A DNA stretch of 64,000 nt. Origin: an uncultured delta proteobacterium. Lineage in GTDB: Bacteria; Desulfobacterota; Binatia; Binatales; Binataceae. The notes beneath the pieces were generated by a model, which was given only the letters and a program-made list of their open reading frames with translations, did not search any database and was not told where the DNA came from. Location: the NCBI GenBank assembly GCA_963794325.1, contig CAWCDG010000004.1:160001-224000 (forward strand). The letters run 5' to 3'. The position numbers were made by a program, and so were the translations under genes. The first letter of the stretch is position 1; every line of letters starts with the position of its first letter. Positions 38,531-47,630 of this stretch are shown piece after piece.

Positions 38531-39051
38531 GTGGGTTCGTGGCGCTTCTGATCCGCGAGCATCTCGAAGTAGGAGACGTCGAGCAGGCCGGCTTTTTCGA
38601 CATTGAGCGCCGCGAGGATTTCGTTCACTGCGCCGCGGCTCTGCTCGGGATCGTCGGCGTCGGCGATCACCGCCTCGATTTCGCCGAAGTCACCGAGGCG
38701 AGTGACCTGGTCGAGATGCAGGCGGACGTTGTCGCGCATCATGAGGGTCCGGACTTTTTCGACGACCGCAATCGGGCCGAGAGCGCTGGCCAGAATCCTT
38801 AGCGTGCGCGGCGGGTCGGCGACCTTCACAATCTCGTAGTTGCTCAGCATCAAGGGGGCGCTCTGGTCGCGATGGTAGTAGATTAGAACGGCGCTGCCGT
38901 TTTCCTCGCGCAATTTCAACTTGCCGTTGGCGACGCGAAAGAAGGTATCGCGCTGATGGAGTATCGCGCGGCGCGTGTATCCAATCGCGCTCGCGCGCGA
39001 TTCGGCTTCGGCGTGATTCGGCAGGCGGAACTTTGCTTCCAGGTTTTTCAC
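38527..39051 (-). CDS. cyaB: CYTH-domain protein (class IV adenylate cyclase-like)
   Basis: NLEAKF, QRDTFF, KLKLRE, VEKVR, HLDQV..LGDFGEIE, SY. Confidence 0.8.
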   Translation of the reverse strand: MKNLEAKFRLPNHAEAESRASAIGYTRRAILHQRDTFFRVANGKLKLREENGSAVLIYYHRDQSAPLMLSNYEIVKVADPPRTLRILASALGPIAVVEKVRTLMMRDNVRLHLDQVTRLGDFGEIEAVIADADDPEQSRGAVNEILAALNVEKAGLLDVSYFEMLADQKRHEPT

Positions 39052-39060
39052 GTGAGAAAC

Positions 39061-39090
39061 TTGACAGTTCGGGAAGCGCGCGCATAGGCT
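39061..39090 (+). promoter_or_regulatory. Putative sigma70 promoter for the gene at 39118
   Basis: TTGACA-N18-TAGGCT. Confidence 0.4.
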
Positions 39091-39117
39091 TCCACGACCT
39101 CGCGCCGCGGCATTCAT

Positions 39118-40299
39118 TTGAGTAAGCCACCCGAAATAAATGCGCACGACACCAAGCTTGTTGAGGCAGGCTTCGATCCGGCGGCAGCGCCGGCCGATGC
39201 GATCGCCAAGCTTCGCGAGCTGCGGGGAAAGCCCGGAGTGACGGACCTCGCGATCGCGCGCGCGCTCGGATCAATTGCGGACCCGGGCGCATCCGCGATG
39301 CTCGTAGAGATGGAAGCGGGCGCATCGGGCGCGATGCGGCGCGAAGTCCGTCGCGCGCTGTACAAACTGAAGCAGCACGGTATCGACGCACCCGCGCCGA
39401 TTGCTCCCGCAGCCACCGCCGCGGTGCACGACAGCGACACTGAAAAGACCGCGATGCTGTCGCCGATCGATGGCGAAGGCGCGCGCATCGTGTGGATCGT
39501 CAAGCCTCGCGCGCAGGGCGGCCTGATCCGGATGTGGGCACTGATTTCCGAAGCCGAGGGCCTGGTGGGCGCGCAGAACACTCATCTGTCGCGGCGGGAG
39601 CTGAAGTCTGAGCGCGACGAGCTCGAGCGGCGCGCGCAGGTGAAGCTGGTCGAAGGCGATTGGCGGGTCGCCGATTTCATCGCATGCGAGGCATGGCGCA
39701 ATACGCCCGAGTCGCGGCGCGGCCACGTCGGGAACTTTCTGGCGCTGCGCGCGGAGCTGATCACGTCGCCGCCGCCGACCGGGCTGGCGCATCCGGTTTA
39801 TGCCGAGCTTGCCGCCGAAGCCGCCGCCGAGCCGTCAGTCGAGCTACTCAAGGAGCCTGAACTACTCGAATGGCGGCTGCCCGACGCGCAGCTGAAAGCA
39901 TACGTGGATGAAATGAATCAGGCGGGCGAGAGCGTGATTGTGTTGAGCCCGGTGCATAAGCAGGAGCGCGTGAATGCGGTGATCGATCGCGCGACCACGG
40001 AACTTCTGACAGGCGACAACGGCAAGCGCATCCAGCGGCGGCTCGAGGATATCGCGTACTACATGGTGCGCGCCGGACGCCGCGAGCAGGCGGGATGGGC
40101 CGCGGCGGCTGCGGCGCGGATGCGCGACGGAATCGACGTGACCAAGGTACTTTTCTTTCAGGCTTTCATCCGCACGCAGTTGGGAACGGTCGCGGCGGCT
40201 GAGCAGCAAAAGGCCGAAGAGGAGCCGCGCCTGATTATGACGCCGGCGGAGGCGATGCGGGCGCGCGAGGCTCGCGAGGCGAGAACGCGGCGCAGATAA
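39118..40299 (+). CDS. Hypothetical protein (HEAT-like N-terminus)
   Basis: 393-aa ORF with host-like codon use; ARALGSI...VRRALYKL. Confidence 0.7.
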   Translation: MSKPPEINAHDTKLVEAGFDPAAAPADAIAKLRELRGKPGVTDLAIARALGSIADPGASAMLVEMEAGASGAMRREVRRALYKLKQHGIDAPAPIAPAATAAVHDSDTEKTAMLSPIDGEGARIVWIVKPRAQGGLIRMWALISEAEGLVGAQNTHLSRRELKSERDELERRAQVKLVEGDWRVADFIACEAWRNTPESRRGHVGNFLALRAELITSPPPTGLAHPVYAELAAEAAAEPSVELLKEPELLEWRLPDAQLKAYVDEMNQAGESVIVLSPVHKQERVNAVIDRATTELLTGDNGKRIQRRLEDIAYYMVRAGRREQAGWAAAAAARMRDGIDVTKVLFFQAFIRTQLGTVAAAEQQKAEEEPRLIMTPAEAMRAREAREARTRRR

Positions 40300-40316
40300 T
40301 CGCCTGCGCGGCGGGC

Positions 40317-40600
40317 GGCAGGGGTGACCCCTGCACCCAGTGATAGGAAATCGCGAAATGTCGAGGACGACCTTTCGCTCTGGTTCTCACTTTTTGTGTC
40401 ATTCAGAGCGCAGCCAAATAGCTCCGCTTCCAACCAGCCGAAGCCCTGAGCGCAGCCGAAGGGGAATAATCCCGGCTCCCGAGCGAGAAGGGGAACTGGA
40501 TAAATGAGTGAGAAGGGTGTCCTTTTGTCATTCTGAAGGCCGAAGGCCGTAGAATCCCGGATCCGGATTCGGGACCCTACCGCTTCGCTTCAGGGTGACA
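40317..40600. repeat. Mosaic REP-like cluster (families B, D, degenerate A)
   Basis: B at 40317-40380; GTCATTC(A/T)GA units at about 40398 and 40527; TCAGGGTGACA closes a long hairpin. Confidence 0.75.
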
Positions 40601-40717
40601 GGAAAATCAAATGTCAGACCTCAACAACAGATCGCAATTGTCGTTCTTCACCTCTCCCTTCGTAACGGCGCTGCGGATACGGTCATGGTCGTGAAATGAG
40701 GCAAAGGAGAAGTTGTT

Positions 40718-41614
40718 ATGCGAGTCTTCGTTACCGGGGCTACAGGGTTTATCGGTTCTGCGATTGTTCAGGAGCTAATTGATGCGGGGCATCAGGTGAT
40801 CGGACTGGCGCGCTCGGATGCGGGCGCCAAGTCTCTGGCAGCCGCCGGCGCGCAGGTGCATCGCGGCGATCTCGAAGACCTGGAAAGCCTGCGCAGTGGA
40901 GCATCGATGTCGGATGGCGTGATTCATTGCGCCTTTAATCACGACTTCTCGAAGTACGCGGCTAACTGTGAGGCGGACCGGCACGCTATCGAGGCTCTCG
41001 GATCCGCGCTGGTTGGATCTGACCGCCCCTTGATCATCACCTCGGGGACCGCGGTCGCCCTCACGCCGGGCCGCGTCGCGACCGAAAACGATGCGCCCAT
41101 TTCGAGTTCCGCCGGGATGCCACGCAGTGCGTCAGAGGAGGCGGCGGCTTCGGTCGCGCTTGGGGGCGTGCGCGTGTCGGTTGTGCGCCTCCCGCAGGTC
41201 CACGACCGGGTCAAACACGGACTCGTCAGCCCCGTGATCGACATAGCTCGCGAGAAGGGTGTGTCGGCGTACGTCGGCGACGGGCACTACCGCTGGCCCG
41301 CGGTGCATCTGATCGATACCGCGCGCCTCTACCGGCTGGCGCTTGAGAAGGGCGATGCGAACGCGAGGTACAACGCGATCGGCGAAGAAGGCGTCCCGTT
41401 TCGAGAGATCGCTGAGGTAATCGGCCGCGGCCTGAAGGTGCCGGTCATCGCGAAGCCCCTCGAGGAGGCATCCGAGCACTTTGGCTGGCTCGGGTTCTTC
41501 ATGGGCGTCGATGCCCCGGCTTCAAGCGCGCAAACGCAGGAACGGCTGGGATGGCATCCGACGCAGGTTGGGATGATTGACGATCTCGAACATGCGAAGG
41601 CCTTCGAAGTGTGA
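40718..41614 (+). CDS. NAD-dependent epimerase/dehydratase (atypical SDR)
   Basis: MRVFVTGATGFIG, VVRLPQVH, WPAVH. Confidence 0.9.
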   Translation: MRVFVTGATGFIGSAIVQELIDAGHQVIGLARSDAGAKSLAAAGAQVHRGDLEDLESLRSGASMSDGVIHCAFNHDFSKYAANCEADRHAIEALGSALVGSDRPLIITSGTAVALTPGRVATENDAPISSSAGMPRSASEEAAASVALGGVRVSVVRLPQVHDRVKHGLVSPVIDIAREKGVSAYVGDGHYRWPAVHLIDTARLYRLALEKGDANARYNAIGEEGVPFREIAEVIGRGLKVPVIAKPLEEASEHFGWLGFFMGVDAPASSAQTQERLGWHPTQVGMIDDLEHAKAFEV

Positions 41615-41621
41615 GGGAGTC

Positions 41622-42002
41622 CTAATCTGGCGGGTTAGCGACGGGCGTGACGGCGACCGAGACTGCATTCCAGGTTCCGTCGCGCTTGGCGAAGACCCGC
41701 AGGAAACGCTGGTCGATGACGATGCGGCCGTCGTCCGACTCCAATTGAAGGCGTCCGCGGCTTATGCCGGTGTCTCCGAAGACCCGCACGTGTTGCTCAC
41801 TGAATGTCGCCGATCCGGCCCGCGCCCCCGGCGGGTCAATCATCAGCAACGCCTTCGTGATGGGTTCGTTCAAGGCGGTCCAACCGGTGAAGTCATCGGC
41901 GAGGATGTGAGCCAGCGGCGCGCGGTCGGCGCGCCGATACGCCTCGTTCCACTCGTTATCCAGGCGCAATATCTGCGCTTCATCGTCTGCTTGTGTCTCC
42001 AT
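41622..42002 (-). CDS. NTF2-like / DUF4440 protein
   Basis: EWNEAY..AD...ILADDF, VRVFGDT, VFAKRDGTW. Confidence 0.75.
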   Translation of the reverse strand: METQADDEAQILRLDNEWNEAYRRADRAPLAHILADDFTGWTALNEPITKALLMIDPPGARAGSATFSEQHVRVFGDTGISRGRLQLESDDGRIVIDQRFLRVFAKRDGTWNAVSVAVTPVANPPD

Positions 42003-42022
42003 GATGCACCCAGCCTCGCTCA

Positions 42023-42412
42023 CTAGCCAGGTCGCCAGCCCTTTGGCGCTTCCATCATCAACGCCAAAATGTGCGCATCGGGGTCGCGGAAGAAGGTCAT
42101 CCAAAGGTCATGGTCCTCCATCTGTGTGATGCGATGGATTTGGTCCGCGAAGGTCAGTCCCCGTGCCTCCAGGGCGGCGCGCGCAACTACGATGTCCGCG
42201 ACCCGGAAGTAGAGGACGGCACCGTGTTCAATTGGTGCGTCGCCGCGCGACTGTTCCAACAATAAGCGCAGCCCGCCCATGTCGAAGAAGCTCAACGGCC
42301 CGAACCGGAAGAGCTTTCTCAGGCCCAGCACCTCTCCGTAGAATCGCTCGGACGCATCAACGTCCCGCACTTCAAGCGCAATCTGTCCAAGTCCATTGAG
42401 ATTGATCGCCAC
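42023..42412 (-). CDS. VOC/glyoxalase family protein
   Basis: AAGGAGG RBS + GTG; GQIALEV, FYGEVLGL, LYFRV, FFRDPD. Confidence 0.85.
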   Translation of the reverse strand: MAINLNGLGQIALEVRDVDASERFYGEVLGLRKLFRFGPLSFFDMGGLRLLLEQSRGDAPIEHGAVLYFRVADIVVARAALEARGLTFADQIHRITQMEDHDLWMTFFRDPDAHILALMMEAPKGWRPG

Positions 42413-42603
42413 CGGTTCCTCCTTGGGGTACAAATGGGAGTGCTGACCGCTCCTTAGGCTCTGCATTCTTGACACGAATCTCCGGAAACCATCCACCCCA
42501 CGGGTTCGGGCACCGGACGCTTTTGTCGGCGCTTTGATTACAAGGGATCTCGTCGTCGTCATCCGAGATTCATAGCACTCCGCGCGGATTTCCAATAAGA
42601 AAA

Positions 42604-43410
42604 ATGACTGTGATTTCACGCGGGGAGACGCTGCAACACGGGGTTGCCGGTCTGGAACGGAGCCATGGCGGCCGCCTTGGCGTCGCGGTTCTCGATAGCG
42701 TCGGCGGGAGCGTGATCGCGCATCGCGGTGACGAGCGCTTTGCGCTGTGCAGCAAGTTCAAGTTTCTCGCCGCAGCGTTGGTCCTGGCGCGGGTCGATCG
42801 CCGCCAGTAAAGTCTGACGCGCCGGATGGTCTATGCGCGAGATTACCTGGTTCCCTATTCCCCGGTAACCGCGAAGCACGCCGGCGAGCGCGGCCTGACG
42901 GTCGGCGAAATCTGCGCAGCCGCGATGACGCTTAGCGATAATACGGCTGGGAATCTTCTGCTCGACAGTTTTGGCGGACCGGCGGAACTGACGGCTTTCG
43001 CGCGGTCGCTCGAAGACAACGTCACGCGGCTCGACCGCCGCGAACCGGAGCTGAACGAGGCCGAACCCGGGGATCCGCGCGACACCACCAGCCCGATCGC
43101 GATGATCGAAGTTCTGCGCAAAATCGTTTTGGGGACCGCGCTATCCACTTCGTCTCGCGCGCAACTGACGGCCTGGCTCGTCGCCAACCAGACCGGGGAC
43201 AAGCGGCTGCGGGCCGGCGTGCCGAAAGGTTGGCGGGTCGGGGACAAAACGGGCACCGGCGCGAACAACGCGACCAACGACATCGCGGTCATCTGGCCGC
43301 CGATGCGCGCGCCAATCGTCGTGGCGGCATATTACGCCGAGGCTCGCGAATCGGACGACCACTGCAATGCGGTTCTGTCAGAGGTCGGGCGCCTCGCGTC
43401 GGCGCTTTGA
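42604..43410 (+). pseudogene. Class A beta-lactamase with in-frame TAA (42808-42810) and no signal peptide
   Basis: GGRLGVA, CSKFK (SxxK), SDN, EPELN, GDKTG across two in-frame ORFs. Confidence 0.85.
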
Positions 43411-43509
43411 GGCGACGCGTGATGATGGAGGTGCGGGGTAATCAGTGCGCCTCCCGAAGCGGTCGCAGGTCTATGCCGTCACTCGCCTCGAAGGCGCGCG
43501 CGGGTGCGG

Positions 43510-43938
43510 CTACTTTACGCTGAGCAGATCGACATCGAAGATCAGCGTGGCGCCCGGGGGGATGACGCCGCCGGCGCCGCTCGCGCCATAGCCAAGGTCA
43601 GGCGGAATGATCAGCGTGCGCTTGCCGCCTACATGCATGGTGGCGACGCCTTCGTCCCATCCCTTGATGACCTGGCCCTGGCCGATCGTGAAGGAAAACG
43701 GCTGGTTCCTGTCGAGCGAGCTGTCGAATTTCTTGCCCTTCTTGCCGTCAACGTACAGCCATCCGGTGTAATTGACCGTCACGGTCTGGCCGGCCTGCGG
43801 CACGGGTCCGGTGCCGGTCTTGACGTCGATGATGCGCAGGCCACTGGGGGTGGTGACCTCTCCGGCGGCCTGGACTGCCAGGGGCACTGCGGCAAGCGCG
43901 AGGAGGATTGCGGACACGAATAGACGCGGGAAGATCAT
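43510..43938 (-). CDS. FKBP-type peptidyl-prolyl isomerase, secreted
   Basis: VNYTGWL, FDSS, VIKGWDEG, IPPDLGYG, IPPGATLIFDVDLL. Confidence 0.93.
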   Translation of the reverse strand: MIFPRLFVSAILLALAAVPLAVQAAGEVTTPSGLRIIDVKTGTGPVPQAGQTVTVNYTGWLYVDGKKGKKFDSSLDRNQPFSFTIGQGQVIKGWDEGVATMHVGGKRTLIIPPDLGYGASGAGGVIPPGATLIFDVDLLSVK

Positions 43939-44180
43939 AAGGCCTCGTTAACTGAATTATAGGGATTTGATCGCCGGAAACCGCCGGCTCGATTTCGGCA
44001 GACACTAGCATTCATCGAGGTCGGTGCGCGAGAGGATGCCAGGAATTGGTAGTGTCCCGGTTTCAATCGGACGGGCCGCCATGCCCGCCATCTCTCTCTG
44101 TAGAGCGGCAACTGTCTTAGGACTCAGAGACTCTCCACACTTACAGGGAGGGCGTAGGATAACCTCGATCTTGGTTCTGG

Positions 44181-44468
44181 GAAGAGGCAGAATCTTGAAT
44201 CGCGCGCGAAGCGCTCGGTGTATGAGGTCCCTCACCCTTCGGCAAGGCTCAGGGCAGGCTCTTTAATCCTCTCCCGACGGGATAGGGGAAGAAAGGATCC
44301 GGGATTCTTCGCTTCGGTCTGAATGACACAAAGAAAGAGGACACAAGAAATCGACGTTGCTCAGTTGTTGCTTGAATCCAGAACCCTGCCGGCTGCCACT
44401 CCCGTAAAGGAACGGGCGAGGTAAGATTCGCTGCGCTCAATTCCTTCACAGACTCTCTGAATGACACG
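44181..44468. repeat. Mosaic and nested REP-like cluster
   Basis: Inverted copy of 32981-33066 with a 26-nt insert; two family D units ending TCTGAATGACAC. Confidence 0.75.
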
Positions 44469-44542
44469 GGGCCAGGTCAGGGAACGAACGCCGAGCCGGA
44501 TTTACGTAGAGACTCTCCCATAGGCATAAAGGATAACTATCC

Positions 44543-45751
44543 ATGATCGATCAGCAGCCGCTGCGCGGGGTTCGGGTGCTCGACTTAACGCGGGTATTGG
44601 CGGGGCCGTTTTGTACTATGAATCTGGCGGACCTTGGCGCGGAGGTAATCAAGATTGAGGTGCCGGGGCGCGGGGATGATTCGCGCAGTTTTGCGCCGAT
44701 GATGCCGTCGGGGGACTCGGGGTACTTTTACAGCGTCAATCGTGGGAAGCGGAGCGTCACTATCGATTTGCGGATCGAGGATGGGGCCAAAGTATTTCTC
44801 GCGCTGGCGGCGAAGTCAGACGTAGTGGTCGAGAATTTCTCGCCGGGCACGATGGATCGCTTCAAGGTCGGCTACGCGCAGCTCAAGGCGGCCAATCAGA
44901 AGATCATTTTGTGCTCGATTTCGGGATTCGGGCAGACCGGGCCGATGACGTCGGCGCCCGCTTACGACATCGTGGCGCAGGCGCTTGGCGGCACGATGAG
45001 TATCACCGGCAGTCCCGGCGGCGAGCCGGTGCGATGCGGCGTGTCGGTCGGCGATTTGTCGGCGGCGCTGTACGGCGTGATCGCGATCATGTCGGCGCTT
45101 CGGGTGCGCGACCGCGACGGGGTCGGCAATCATGTCGATATCGCGATGCTCGATTGCCAGGTCGCGATGCTCGAGGACGCGCTCGCGCGCTACTCGGTGT
45201 CGGGGAAGATTCCCGGAAGGCTCGGCACGCGGCATCCGTCGATCACGCCGTTCCAGCAGTTTCGCGCCGCCGACGACTATTTCGTGATGGGCGCGGGCAA
45301 CGAGGCTATCTGGCTTCGCTTCTGCGACGCGATCGCGATGCCGCAACTTAAACACGATCCGCGATTTCTGACCAACGCCAATCGCACCGCGAACCATCCT
45401 GAACTCGAGGCGATTCTCGCGCGCGTTTTCGCGACGCATCCGCGCGACCATTGGCTTGCGCTGCTGACAGACGCGTCGGTGCCGTGCGCGCCAATTGCCA
45501 ACGTCGAGGAAGTTACCCGCGATCCCCATCTGGCGGCGCGCAACATGATTCTTCACGCGGAGCATCCCGAGTTTGACGGTCTGATCGTGCCGGGCTCGCC
45601 GCTCAAGAGCGTTTCCACTGGTGATGGTAGTGGGGATATCCCTTCGACCCGGTCGCCGCGGCTGGGTGAGAGTACCGACGAGGTGCTGTCGAGCGTGCTC
45701 GGCTACGATACTTTGCGCCTATCGGAATTGCGCAAGCGTAGTATCATATAG
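44543..45751 (+). CDS. CaiB/BaiF CoA-transferase
   Basis: PLRGVRVLDLTRVLAGPFC, NRGKRS, VENFSPG, SVGD. Confidence 0.92.
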   Translation: MIDQQPLRGVRVLDLTRVLAGPFCTMNLADLGAEVIKIEVPGRGDDSRSFAPMMPSGDSGYFYSVNRGKRSVTIDLRIEDGAKVFLALAAKSDVVVENFSPGTMDRFKVGYAQLKAANQKIILCSISGFGQTGPMTSAPAYDIVAQALGGTMSITGSPGGEPVRCGVSVGDLSAALYGVIAIMSALRVRDRDGVGNHVDIAMLDCQVAMLEDALARYSVSGKIPGRLGTRHPSITPFQQFRAADDYFVMGAGNEAIWLRFCDAIAMPQLKHDPRFLTNANRTANHPELEAILARVFATHPRDHWLALLTDASVPCAPIANVEEVTRDPHLAARNMILHAEHPEFDGLIVPGSPLKSVSTGDGSGDIPSTRSPRLGESTDEVLSSVLGYDTLRLSELRKRSII

Positions 45752-45808
45752 AGTTAAGGATTTGCAGCCGCGCGCTTCCATGACGCAACGCTGCCAAAGG
45801 AGAACACA

Positions 45809-46948
45809 GTGCGCGAAGTCGTTATCGTTGATGGAGTCAGGGTGCCGATTGGCAAAGCCGGCAAGGACAAGGGCTACTACAAGGACATCCGCGCCGACGA
45901 TTTGGGCGCGATGTGTATCCGCCGCCTGCTCGAAAAAAATCCGAAGCTCGACCCCAAGGAAATCGAAGACGTGGTCTGGGGATGCGCGAATCAGACCGGC
46001 GAGCAGGGCCTGAACGTCGGCCGAATGATCGGACTACTGTCGGGACTGCCGGTCGAGGTCGCGGGCACCACGATTGATCGTCAATGCGGATCGAGTCTGC
46101 AGGCGGTGAACTTCGCGGCGCAGGAAATCATGACGGGCGCGGGTGAAGTCGCAATTGCGGGCGGCGTCGAGCACATGACGCATGTCGCGATGGGATCGGG
46201 AATCCTGCCCAATCCCAAGCTGATGGATATGTTCCCGCGCGACATGTTTTTCATGGGGATGACGGCCGAGCGGCTGGCCGACATGTACAAGATCACGCGC
46301 GAGCAATCTGACGCGTTCTCGCTGCGATCGAACATGCGCGCGGTGGCGGCGCGCGAGCGCTTCAAAGAGGAAATTGTGCCGGTCAAATTGCCCGACGGCA
46401 CCGTGGTTGACGTGGACCAGGGCCCGCGCGCAGAAACCACGTTGGAAAAGCTCGCCGGGCTGAAGCCGTCGTTCAAGCCCGACGGCCAGGTGACGGCAGG
46501 CAACTCGTCGCAGTTAAGCGACGGCGCTGCCGCGGTGCTGCTGATGAGCGCGGAGCGGGCTCGTTCGCTCGGGGTGAAACCGTTCGCGAAGATTCGCGCG
46601 ACGGCGGTCGCGGGCGTGCGACCGGAAATCATGGGATGGGGCCCGGTGCCTTCGACGCATAAGGCGCTCGGGCGTGCGGGACTCAAAATCGGCGACATCG
46701 ACTTGTTCGAAATCAACGAAGCGTTCGGCGCGCAGGTCCTCGCCTGCAACACCGATCTCAAAATCGACGAAGAACGGCTCAACGTGAACGGCGGCGCGAT
46801 CGCACTGGGGCATCCGCTGGGATGCTCGGGCGCGCGGCTGGTGGTGACGCTGACCCATGAGATGCGCCGGCGCGGAGTCGCGCTCGGAGTCGCGACGATG
46901 TGTATCGGGATCGGCCAGGGAATCGCAACTGTAATCGAGCAGGTATGA
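45809..46948 (+). CDS. Acetyl-CoA C-acyltransferase (thiolase, FadA-like)
   Basis: RQCGSS, TAGNSS, INEAF, GHPLG, MCIG. Confidence 0.93.
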   Translation: MREVVIVDGVRVPIGKAGKDKGYYKDIRADDLGAMCIRRLLEKNPKLDPKEIEDVVWGCANQTGEQGLNVGRMIGLLSGLPVEVAGTTIDRQCGSSLQAVNFAAQEIMTGAGEVAIAGGVEHMTHVAMGSGILPNPKLMDMFPRDMFFMGMTAERLADMYKITREQSDAFSLRSNMRAVAARERFKEEIVPVKLPDGTVVDVDQGPRAETTLEKLAGLKPSFKPDGQVTAGNSSQLSDGAAAVLLMSAERARSLGVKPFAKIRATAVAGVRPEIMGWGPVPSTHKALGRAGLKIGDIDLFEINEAFGAQVLACNTDLKIDEERLNVNGGAIALGHPLGCSGARLVVTLTHEMRRRGVALGVATMCIGIGQGIATVIEQV

Positions 46949-47619
46949 ACGCCAAGCTGCTAGCAATGCGCGTGCTCGGCGCCGCGATCGCAGCGGCGCT
47001 GATCGCGGCCGCATACATCAGCTACATGCAGCCCGAGGCGCCCAAGCCGCTTTTCCGGCTCGACTCACCGAGTCCGCAGGCGTCGCCGGCGAATCAGGGA
47101 TCGCAACGAGAGACGCCGCCAACGGACGAGGGCCTCAACTTCAGCGCACCCACGCTTGACGGCAAGAATATCGACCTGAGCACTTACCGCGGGCATCCGG
47201 TGATTGTCGATTTCTGGGCGACTTGGTGCGGGCCGTGCCGCCGGCAAATTCCGGAACTGATTTCACTCTACAAGCGATACAACAAGTCGCGCGGGCTGGT
47301 GATAATCGGAATCTCGTGCGACCTGATCCAAGGCGACGGAGTGAAGGCGGTCGCGCCGTTCGTCGAGGAGTTCCAGATCAACTATCCGATCGCACTGGCC
47401 GATGAGCAGCTGGTCGATAAGATGGGAGTCGAGGCAATCCCGACGACGCTGTTCGTAGGCCCGAAGGGCGAGTTGGTATCGCGAATTGTGGGCGCGGGCC
47501 ACGCGGGCGAGATAAGCGAGAGCGCGATGGCGCTACTCGACGGCGTCAAAGGCCACACTTCACCGGGCAAGCCGGACGACATCAATGGCCACGTCGTGGA
47601 TATTTCGGTAGTGCATTAG
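46945..47619 (+). CDS. TlpA-family thiol-disulfide oxidoreductase, membrane-anchored
   Basis: N-terminal TM helix; DFWATWCGPC; IPTT. Confidence 0.9.
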   Translation: MNAKLLAMRVLGAAIAAALIAAAYISYMQPEAPKPLFRLDSPSPQASPANQGSQRETPPTDEGLNFSAPTLDGKNIDLSTYRGHPVIVDFWATWCGPCRRQIPELISLYKRYNKSRGLVIIGISCDLIQGDGVKAVAPFVEEFQINYPIALADEQLVDKMGVEAIPTTLFVGPKGELVSRIVGAGHAGEISESAMALLDGVKGHTSPGKPDDINGHVVDISVVH

Positions 47620-47630
47620 ATTCGCTGCGG

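Noticed and set aside
42808-42810. Recoded stop in the beta-lactamase
   Set aside because: TAA is not a Sec or Pyl codon, and other genes in the window end in TAA
40620-44000. Integron cassette array
   Set aside because: Mixed gene orientation, no attC-like boxes and no integrase
44042-44063. Possible fifth repeat family (GGAATTGGTAGTGTCCC; similar string at about 50194-50215)
   Set aside because: Only two weakly similar copies, which is not enough to define a family from this window
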